NCBI RefSeq assembly: GCF_006345805.1
Contig: NC_043017.1
Span: 23,932,001 to 23,996,000, forward strand
Length of the DNA: 64,000 nt
Direction of reading: 5' to 3'
Source: Octopus sinensis
Taxonomy: Eukaryota
Shown here: in pieces, positions 53,763 to 64,000 of the stretch
How positions within the stretch are numbered: the first letter of the stretch is position 1
How the letters are laid out: each line of letters begins with the position of its first letter
Made by a program: the position numbers and the translations under genes
Notes under the pieces: generated by a model
What the model was told of the DNA's origin: nothing
What the model saw: the letters and a program-made list of their open reading frames with translations, nothing else
The model's database searches: none

Positions 53763-54404
53763 ATCTAGAACAACGGTGTTCCAAATGCAGTGGAGTTTAG
53801 GTTAGTTTTCATATACAACTTTCTCATCAGTTGATTTTTCTATATTTGTCATTTATTTTGTATGATCTTTTGTCTCTAGTGCTAACAAAGATTCCCATAC
53901 ACATCCTATTTTTAATCGAAAGCTGGAGCTGTTTTTTCTGTTTTATATCCATTGCTTATTTCTTCTAGCTCTTTTAATTATCTCAAACTTTTATTGTAGC
54001 AGGTTTTTGCTTCTGAATAACCTTTTTATTATATTTAGCTCATTAACTTTTATATGTATATCTTTCTGTTATCCTAGATTGAGATTTTATTTTCATTGAA
54101 TTCATTTTTTTTTTTATTTCTTTATGAAAGTTAATTTTTATGTAAAATTTATAAACAGATTTTTATATTTTATATTTTGCTTGTTCCTCTCCTCGAGAAC
54201 AAAATAAATGGTGCATCTAGATATATAAGTATTTCTGTCTGCTTGAGATTTATATTTTCACAAAGTTTAAGAAATTTATCCATACTTTAATTCTTTGACC
54301 TCTCATTATTAATATGTATTGAAACTGAGTGATGAAAACAACCTTGTTTTTCAAAAGATGTATAGTTAACAGACTTAAGATACTAGGACTTTAGTCTCAT
54401 TTAG

Positions 54405-54630
54405 CAAAGAGGCTGCGGGCTGGAAGCGGCCTCATGACAGGCCCCACACCAGATGGCTGGAAGATCTCCAGAGGCTCAACATCACCTCAGAAGATGCAGA
54501 AAGACTGGCACAAGACCACCAGTGATAGAGAGCACTGGTAGACTTGGTTGGCTCTATGCATGATGACATCTCTGGGACCACGAACCTAGGATGACCCCAA
54601 CCCCATCAAGCAAGAGCATGAAGCAAGAAA
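54405..54630 (+). mobile_element. 5'-truncated RTE-like LINE 3' end
   Basis: GWKRPHDRPHTRWLEDLQRLN...AERLAQDH matches the RTE C-terminal motif (RPRGRP.TRW...AQDR). Confidence 0.7.
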
Positions 54631-57600
54631 AGCTCAAAAGAATGAAATGTTCACACAATAAGATTAGAATGAAGAGGTATATAAACCAGTTCACTGCCCT
54701 ACACCAAATGAATACAACATAATCTTGACATTCATATCATTGATACTTCTGTCACTGCAAGTACTGTCTTATCTTCCCAAACAAGAAAATTCTATTAGTC
54801 AGGCTTCATGCTTGATTAAGCAACTGTCATTAAACCAGGATTAACAGCTGACAGTTTTGATACACACAGAGGACATGTTTTGCTTTGCTTAATTGCAACT
54901 CCTAGTGCTATATAATAATCATTTTCATAACCATAATTAAAATTTAAAATGTAAGAAATTACTAGCTGGAGCAGATGAAGAGTTGGGCTACGGCTCATAG
55001 CAGAAAAATTGATCTGCTGTGTCCATATAGCCATCTCAATTCATTTTATTTTGAGGAATTACTACTAGATCTTTTGAGGTATTATGTGTGAAAAACTGAC
55101 ATTCAATCTATATGAGTATTAATCTCTTTTCTGTGTAATGCTACAGCATCAAGAGCTAAGCAGCAGCTTTGTGACTGCTTCTGTTTCATTGACTAATAAC
55201 TAACAAATATGTTGCAAGTACAGGTGCCCCAGAAAGGCCACAGTCCAATGACTGAAACAAGTAAAACGTAAAAGATAAAACAATATGTGTATAAATGTGA
55301 ACATAGAATTAAATAAATATGTGATGAGCACCAACTTACATGATGTTAGATCTGTACCCATCAGAACCTTGACAATTCTGAACATTGTTGTGTTAGTATG
55401 TCAGGATATACAATGTGTTTCATTTTATCTACCTGAGCATATATAAAAGGATCAAGAGATAATGTAACAACTCTCAAGCATGCTCCATAATATTGACCAT
55501 TTACAAAACTGTATTCCACAAGATACAGACTAACAAAGTTCAGATTTTCTGGAAACTAAAATCTTCTAAAGAGCATACCAATCAATTCTTATGTATACTA
55601 AATACTAACAATCAGACTGGTGCTCTACTATCTTTTTTTTTTTTTTTTTTTTGATGCATTCCCTCACTTTTCAGGGAATGAAGTGTACAGTTAGTAATAG
55701 TAGTTTGTAGCTATGAGAAAAAAAAAAGATATTGGCAATAAATCATGTAATACTGTAAAGCCACTTAATGGATTTGTATGTTTTGACAGTTGTTCATAAA
55801 TTAGTTTCTTTTACAGGGATTGTGATATTGCAAACTTATCATTAATACACCATCTCCAGTAAACTGTGGCAATGTGAGAAATCACTCTGAAGAAGAAGCA
55901 ACAGTGATATAAATATATAGGGGTGGGATAGAAACCAGGATCGTGCCTGTTTTATAGCAGACCCTGTGCAAATAAGTTCCTGAAGATTGTACTCATTGGA
56001 TATATAAGTATTCAAAAGAAAGTGTTATATATTCAATACTACAGAGAAAATATTTTGATGCAAGATGTGTGCATGCATGCACATGAGTCCATAAATACAC
56101 ATTATACACGTACATTACATGCATTGTACATATACACACCAAGCGCAAAGAATGCTTATCAAATAGCTGTAAAACTTAGACTAACATCACATGTCTACCA
56201 TAATTAAATTACATTTAAGTTAGATAACAATTGTAGGAAAGTGAATGTATTCTAATGAAAGAGAAAAATAGCAACAACTATTTTTATTATTATTTTCATC
56301 ATCATCATCATTAATTCCTGTGAATTTTCATGTCTATACTGAAATTAATATGATCAAGAATTCTTTGTGGAATGGTAATATGACTCATAACATGATACCA
56401 CTTTATTCCAAACAGATAAATAATCTCACATTCTCAGTATTCTTTGTTTTCTTTTGTTTTGTTTTTTCATCTCTGAGTTGATTTTTCAATCCTTGACACT
56501 AACAGAGATAGGCAGAGAAACCCACTTGAGAATATATTTTCAAGTTGGCACCGGAAGTTATCATTATTGTTCAGCATTACATGAATTTAGAAACAAGTAC
56601 ATTGTTTTCATTGTGATAATGGTAGATTTTTCAAACATAGAGATAATGTTTGTATATTTAAAAACCAAGTTTTGTATATCTTAATGCAGTTTACGATGTG
56701 TTAAATTTAATATCCCTCTACTTGACTTAAGTGATGTAGAGGGTCATAAGACTTACTGTATATATCTGTTCTGTTGCTTCACTATTCTGGATTTAAAATG
56801 TAACCTCACTTTCCTATATTAAAACATTATATTTGAAGAAGTGGCCATTCTTGCCTAAAGACAAACAAACAATATCTGTTGTTATTTAACCACAGGTTAT
56901 TTAACCCTGATCAAGCAGATTTATGATGAAAGGCATAACAACCATAATATACATACATAAACACATATATACACACACATACATATACACAATTTTGCTA
57001 TTCATCCCAGGCAAAATATTGGCAGAGTTGTTAGAGAATCAGACACTATATTTTGTACTGTTCCAAATCCTTGCATTCTGAAGGTTATGCCTCTAATGAC
57101 ATTGGTGCCAAGTAGCTTTGGTCTTGTTTTTCCCTTGGAAAAGAATGGTCATGTGGAGCGGGGAGATATGTATGCATGTATTTATGAATGGATAGATATA
57201 TATACACACCTGCCATACGTGTGCACACATGCATATCACTAGACTAGTACATCTACCACAGATTGCAGTATCTCTAAGATTTAACAGCAGTTTCTATTAC
57301 CACTTTGGAACAATAGCTCTTCTGTAACTGAATAGTTTACAGCTGTCCATAATATAAATGAAAGTTACTTTTTCAATTTGATATATGCTGTTGCTATCTT
57401 TGAATCACCAAAAAAAAAAAAAAAAAAATTCAATGATGCAATTAACAATGTAGAAGTAAGTAATAGTGCTCTGGAAGTCAATGGGTGTTGAAACCATCCT
57501 ACAAGCAATAAAATCTATATTATTTTCTCATAACATGACATTGGTAAAAAAAGAACAGAATATCAAGCCTTTTGACTTTAGTTCAAAGGATTCCACTGAA

Positions 57601-57699
57601 GTCAGTGACCTTCTTAGCTTATCATCATTATCATCACCATCATTTAATATTTGCTTGTATATTTTAAAATTATTAACCAAAAAATGACCCTGTATAGTT

Positions 57700-58620
57700 G
57701 TAAGTCTTTATAAAGGTAATGGTCTCATTATCCATAAACACTGTGGTAAACAAAAAAAATAAATAAATTCAGAAAAGGATTATTCAACTTTAAAATTACT
57801 GATGAAATCCACCTGGATAATTAATTAAACGTACTTCCTATACAGAACACCAACTAAAAAATATAATACCTTCACATACTCTCTTTACACCAGAAAAAAA
57901 CCGCAAATAATCTCATCCATTACATATCACTCAAAATCTCTCAGAACATGCACATCATTTCAATCAAGCTCTGAAAAGTGATTACATGAAAGAATTCAAG
58001 CACAGGAACCACAACCTCCAATCTCAACACAGAAGCAGGAAAAGAAACATAATTTGATATAATCTGCCACGTAATTTAAGAGTAAAAACCTCTATAACTA
58101 AAACATTTTTTGACTTTTGCAAAACATTTCCCACCTAATCACAAATATCACAAACTTCTGAATAAAAACAACATAAAAATCTCCTATTCTGTCACCCACA
58201 ACTTCTCACTAGCACCGCTCAGCAATAACCCCCCCCCCCCAAAACCAGATAAACTTAATTCAAATAACTGGTAACTGATTTGCAACCACAAAAATTTGTA
58301 CCCTCAACAAGGAAACTGTCTCACTACTATTCATATTCACCACACCCCTTACCTTTTCCATCTCTCAATCCACCCTCTTTGAACAACCTCTTTCTCTCCA
58401 ATATCCATGTTGTAATACTTCTTCATACAGCAAACTCCTTTAAATTAGATTAGATAGCACAACAATTATTTCCCTATGTGAATATACATGGAACTCAAAA
58501 GTTCCCAACATCCTGTACAATATCTCATGGAAAATCCTCTTGCATGCCAAAACATACTATCAGCACAAAAAAAAAAAAACCTTGTCAATTTTGCACCACT
58601 GATTTATATTAATTTTTATT
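57700..58620 (+). pseudogene. Penelope-like element relic (RT thumb/linker + GIY-YIG region)
   Basis: KHFPPNHKYHKLLNKNNIKISYS at 58122, and EYTWNSKVPNILYNISWKILLHAKTY...CQFC at 58480-58600. Confidence 0.72.
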
Positions 58621-58945
58621 CTCTGAACTAAAGCTTCTTAATAAACATTTTAAAATAATCTCATGTAGACACTGAACATACAAAAACCAAAAATACACTT
58701 ACAATTTACAAATAGATAAATTATTACTTTCCTCAAATAAACAACACTTTCTTAACCATTTTTTCTTCCAACATTATGATAAGCAGTATATCTATCTTTT
58801 ACCAGATTAAGAAACTTTGTGACCTTATCTATGTCTTTACAATACTTTGTTTTATTTTATCTACATTTACGAGTTGTACCATAATGACTGTATATATTAT
58901 GCTATACATTTGTATGGATAGTTCTGTTTATATAATTATTATAAT

Positions 58946-59740
58946 ATAATCTATTATATATATGTAGAATGTGTTTGATGGATTTTAAATACTAGGGTAC
59001 AAGTGTTTGTATGTGTGTGTATGCATTTAAATATAGTTCTGCTTGTATATTTACATACATTTATGCATTTTGTATGCTTGCATGTAAGTTCACATTTGAG
59101 CATGTTTCTATAAATTTGAGTTCACATATGTGCATGCACTATAAATGCCATAGTTATTTTGTATGGTCTTATGTATATATGCTTTCCAATTTACAAATAT
59201 ATTGGCAAGTGTATGTTACTTAAAATACCAACATACTGTCTTGCATACTGATATAGTCTAATATTTCCAAATATATATCATTTATATAAAATGCTTTGCC
59301 CTATATTTATAAACATTTAGTAGAAGTATATAGTGCATCTCAGTGGAAGGGCTTACATTTAACAATTAAAGCCATGTTTCTGCTTGTGATTATCAAAATT
59401 TAGCAGGTAAATTGTAAATATTGATACTAAAATTAAGATTTAATACAACTTTTCTTTATACTTTACTCCTTACATTGCATTTTAATATCCAAAGATATAT
59501 CTCTACCATTAGTCTTGGACAGACAAATATTTGTAACAAACAATTTGCATTTATAAAATTACTTGCAAGGAACTCTAAACAGTATTCAATCTTTTTACAA
59601 TATTAGTATGACTTTTAGAACGTCTACTCGTAACTTGGTACTTACACTTAACATGCATACACACACATACAAACACTAGTACACTAGTATTTAAAATACA
59701 GCAATCACATTCTACATATATATATATATATAATAGATTT
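58946..59740. mobile_element. AT-rich fold-back/MITE-like element with ~85-bp arms
   Basis: AATCTATTATATATATGTAGAATGTG...GTGTTTGTATGTGTGTGTATGCAT is inverted at 59652-59738. Confidence 0.65.
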
Positions 59741-59831
59741 ATTTAGAATTTCAAAATGAATTTTTTTCAAGATAATTTCAAATTAAAACTTTTATTTGAT
59801 AGGACTTATAATTTACAATTTTAATCATGTT

Positions 59832-60400
59832 AATATTTACCAATTTCAGGTGACAAACTGGCAGAGTCATTAGCATACTGGGCAAAGTGCTTAGCGGCAT
59901 TTCGTCCATCTTTTCATTCCAAGTTCAAATTCTGACTTTGCATTTCACCCTTTTAGGCTTGATAAAATAAGTGCCAGTTGGACACTTTGGTCAATGGAAT
60001 TGACTTAATCCTTCTCCCAGAGCCAAAATTTGAAAGTAACATTTATCAATTTAATATTCTCCCTTAATAATGCTGCCAGGGTCAACTTTGCCTTTCATCC
60101 TTTCAGGGTTAACTTTGCCTTTCATCCTTTCAGGGTCAATAAAGTAAGTACCAGTCGAGCACTAGGGTCAATCTAATCGATTCACCCCTCCCCTGAAATT
60201 GCTGGCTTTGTGCCAAAATTTGAAAGCAATATTTACCAATTTAACATTCTCTCATTTTAAAGCTGCTGGGGTTGACTTTGCCTTTCATCTTTTTGGGGTT
60301 GATAAAATAAGTACTAATTGAGCACTGGGGATCGAACTAATTGACTTTGCCCACCCCCAAAATTGCTGGCCTTGTGCCAAAATTAGAAACCAATATTCTC
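59832..60400 (+). repeat. Tandem triplication of a family B SINE segment plus flank
   Basis: Units start AAYATTTAYCAATTT at ~59832, 60038 and 60229. CAGGGTYAACTTTGCCTTTCATCCTTT is also duplicated internally. Confidence 0.72.
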
Positions 60401-60647
60401 CTTTCTTTCTTGATACCCTAAATACACAAACAACAATCATACACATTAACAAATACACAAATGTACACATGCAATAGAATTATAACACACACACCCAAAC
60501 ACATTAATAACTCACATTAAATATTCAAATATAAAAGAATAACCTTTTCCCTTCTTATCTAGACTATTTCAGTTAGAATAATATTCTTGCATTCATATTT
60601 CTTGCATGGCAATTCATAAACCTTTTGCCTCTAGTTTCATTTTGAAT

Positions 60648-61020
60648 TTTCTTTCATTTGTTTCAGTCATTAGACAGCGACCATGCTGGAGCACTGCCTT
60701 GAAGCATTTTCATTGAGCAAATCAGCCCCAGTACTTATTTTTAAACCTGGTATTTATTCTATCAGCTCGTTTTTTTGGGGGGGGGAGGGGGTTGCCAACC
60801 ACTAAGATACAGGGGCATAAACATACCAACACCAGTTGTCAATTGATGTTGGGGGACAAACACAGACACAAAACATACATGCACACACACACATAAATGG
60901 GCTTCTTTCAGTTTCCATCTATGAAATCCACTCACAGAAATGTTAAATGGTCTACGCCACAAAAGAAATATTTCCCAAGGGTACATGCAGTGTAGTTGGG
61001 ACGCAATCTTCTTACCACAC
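60648..61020 (-). mobile_element. SINE family A-like, decayed, carrying a foreign patch
   Basis: GTTTCAGTCATT, CCATGCTGGAGCAC and GCTTCTTTCAGTTTCC, ending CTTACCACAC. Confidence 0.75.
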
Positions 61021-61655
61021 ATTTATATATTTTAATATTGTTCTTTTGTTTCATCTTTACATGTAGTTACTTTCCTTTACCTGCCTTTAAAAACAATTCA
61101 GACTTCATTTATTTAGAATTTTAACTACAACTGTAATTCACTATAATTCAGTATCTCCTATTAATGAGAACATTCCATCTTTCTTTCTTCAATTAAATAC
61201 CAGAAAGAAAAACATCTCTACTCTGTCTGAATAAGCCACTAGGTGAAACTTCAAGTCTCAGTCAAATGGATTGTGTAATAAATTATTATTGAGTCTCCCC
61301 ATCAATAAATTTTCCCTTGTTATTTTAAAAATTACTTTAAAATAATAATCTTGAATGAACCTTCATATGTACACACACTCACAATTATATAATTTCCTAG
61401 GTAGATGATCAAGGACTGACATTACTAAAATGCTGAACAAAAAAGCAGCAATAAAATATATAAATATATTTTATTAAATTCTTGAAGACGTTGTTGTTGT
61501 TTAGTCCAAAAACATCTTTGAACGACCCCCCCCCCCAATCGAAAACATGTAGTAGGAATAATTGGCAGAGTCCCAAACACCAACTCACTACCAGGGAATC
61601 GAACCCGGATCCCTGTATTCGAGCGTAAAGACATGAGCAGGAAATTATTTGAGAT

Positions 61656-61683
61656 TGTTGACGTCAACAGACATCTGGCCAAT
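61656..61683. promoter_or_regulatory. 14-bp palindrome containing a CRE, plus a CCAAT box
   Basis: TGTTGACGTCAACA (61656-61669) and CCAAT (61679-61683), at the start of CpG-retaining DNA. Confidence 0.3.
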
Positions 61684-61990
61684 GACATCTTTGGTAGAAA
61701 TCACTATGTCAATATTAACGCGATTCGTTGAATGACTGACGAAGTCGGCAAAGAACTGACGCTTCAAATTTCTGGCTAATCTTTTGTTGGCGCCCCTTTT
61801 CCCTATCATATATAGTGCATTTATTCACTAGCATGCCCGTGTCCGTAAATCAACCAGGAAAACACGACTGCAGGGATTTATGGTACTCAACATCAATAGA
61901 ATGCCAAAATGACAATAACAACTGCAGTTAATGCTGGATTAACCATTAAGCAAAATAAGCACGTGCTTAGGGCATCAAGGGAAGGAGGGG

Positions 61991-62699
61991 GGATCTTTTC
62001 CTTTTGAACGGCAGTTTTCAACACAATTTCTAGTTAACTAGACATTTTAAAACTTCGTATATTGGTAGAATGTGTCAAAATAAAACATTTTTTTCTCTTG
62101 GCTTCCTTGAGAAAATTGTAATTTGTAAGTTTAACGTAGTTTAATTTTTCGAATTTTAACCAATCCTATGGCCTCTAAAATCATTTGCTGCGTCTAAAAC
62201 AGACAACATCCTGTCACTAACCCTAACCCTAAATTTTAGCCTTTCGGGTTTTTTTTCTTAATTGTTAAATTAATTTAAGGATAACAATTAAAAAAACGAA
62301 AGCAATGGAAAATAATTTTAATTTAACAATTAAGAAAAAAAACGAAAGGCTAAAACGAAAGCAAAAACTCAAAACAAAAACAAAACGAATAATTTTAGAC
62401 ACACGCGTAACAATTAAATTAATTTAACAATTAAGAAAAGAAAACGAAATGCTAAAATTTAGGGTTAGGGTTAGTGACAGGATGTAGACGCAGCAAATGA
62501 TTTTAGCTCAAAAGAGGCCATAGGATTGGTTAAAATTCGAAAAATTAAACTACATTAAACTTACAAATTACAATTTTCTCAAGAAAGCCAAGAGAAAAAA
62601 AATGTTTTATTTTGACACATTCTACCCGTATACGAAGTTTAAAAGTGTTTAGTTAACTAGAAATTGTGTTGAAAACTGCCATTCAAAAGGAAAAAATCC
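61991..62699. mobile_element. Long-TIR element of the same family as 23150-24356, with telomere-like repeats in its TIRs
   Basis: ~285-bp TIRs starting GGATCTTTTCCTTTTGA. CTAACCCTAACCCTAA at 62217-62232 and TTAGGGTTAGGGTTAG at 62459-62474. The TSD is imperfect (AAGGAGGGG/GAGGTGGGG). Confidence 0.85.
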
Positions 62700-64000
62700 G
62701 AGGTGGGGCACTACAGAAATGTTAAATGGTCTACGGCACAAAAAAATTTCTTTAAACTCGCTAAAATAATAACCGGGGTGCCTTTATCTCTACTAAGTAT
62801 AGATGCAGGTGTGTTACCTAAGATTAATGTACTTAAATCAAAAGTTCACCATATTATTTTTTCAGGCATTGTGTATCCCGCTTGTACTCTTTTTAAAATG
62901 GTAAGTTGTAGTATGAAGAAGAGATCATTACTATTTCTAGCAAGTTTAGTGTCCATATCAAGGCTCCCGTGCTGACTCTTTTTTAAGAACGAAATTCTAA
63001 GTTATCTTGACTTTCGTAAAAAGAAAAAGAAAACACAGAAAATCAAAACCAAAATGTAGAACATTTCACTCTCCTGACTAAACAGCTTCTAACGTAACAT
63101 CAATGTTATAGATACCCTTAAAGGATCGACAAGTCCTTAGATATTCGCTAGCACTTCACCATACATAACGTAATTGTTAATAATCTCTGTGTTGTAAGGA
63201 CAATAACAGTTGTAATACAAAGTAATTGTCGAAATTAATAAATAAATAAATAGATAAATAAACGAGAATAACAAACTACGGTAGTTATGAATGGAATGCA
63301 AGTAGAAAATACAAATATAAAGAATGCTTCTAAACTGTTTCGTTGCCGTAAAGGAAAAAAGTGGCGGGGGGGAGAAAACAACAACATATAATAGCAGTGT
63401 GTAATACAGTCGTGATGACAGGAAATATACGTTTCATGTAGTTATGTCTAAAATTCTTCACGTAATGAATTTCTTTACTGAATTATTTCCCTGGACTAAA
63501 CCCTAACCGATATTACAAGATAATAAAGAAAAGGAACAATTCGCTTTATTAGATTTCTTGATATTAGTGTTAAATTAAGCAGGCGAGTAAAGTATCAGTA
63601 TACATGTCAAATTCCGAAACAGTCCCCCTAACAGATTCTTTGGCTACCGTTTTGAGAAGAGTTATCATAGCACATTAGTGGTAAGAAAGAAAAAAAAAAC
63701 CTTCATATGAAATTGCTTTAGGTGAGACGATCGAGGTATAAAGTTTTAACATAGCGTCCTCTACTTGACCTTGATAATTTAAACGAAATCATTAGCAAAC
63801 GAGAGAAATTTGCAGTAGAAAACCGTAAGCGTTCATTCACACAATGATAACCATATTTTTGTTTTGTTTTATTTTTCTAACGCAATATTTCAGTTATCAT
63901 AATTAAGATATGATTACTGGAATCAGAAATATGTTTTGCTTTAGGTAGAATGAATTGTAATATTTGTATGAAACAGTACATATTAAGCAAAGTAATTACG

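Noticed and set aside
61633-61780. EF-hand-like ORF MSRKLFEIVDVN... with an in-frame TGA (possible selenocysteine)
   Set aside because: The loop residues do not fit an EF-hand, and no SECIS or splice support is visible.
62217-62474. True telomere or chromosome fusion site
   Set aside because: Fewer than 3 units per side, and their symmetry is explained by the TIRs.

Overview
AT-rich, repeat-dominated eukaryotic DNA, not prokaryotic. The SINE families, RTE tails and microsatellite load resemble octopus/cephalopod DNA; this is an inference from pattern recognition, not a database result. No intact protein-coding gene could be recognised. Retroelements: a young RTE-clade LINE with two nonsense codons, cut off just before its YADD motif (1-2437), followed by an older RTE copy; a Penelope-like RT/GIY-YIG relic; a REL-type (R4/Dong-like) LINE relic; and many tRNA-derived SINEs. 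DNA transposons: decayed DD37D(maT), mariner and pogo/Tigger elements, a fold-back transposase relic, and several MITEs, some with clear TSDs (piggyBac TTAA, hAT ATCTAGAA, a long-TIR GG-ended family with an 8-bp TSD). There is also a ~2.6 kb compound AT/AC microsatellite. The most interesting non-obvious signals are: (1) dispersed hammerhead-ribozyme motifs in Penelope-type pLTR-like repeats, one with an intact core; (2) CpG-depleted versus CpG-retaining domains, judged by eye, suggesting two methylated gene bodies, with CRE-containing promoter-like sequences at the edges; (3) a candidate spliced micropeptide or first exon at 33300-33375 (-); (4) repeated local fold-back and template-switch structures. 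I cannot support a wholly new multi-gene system.
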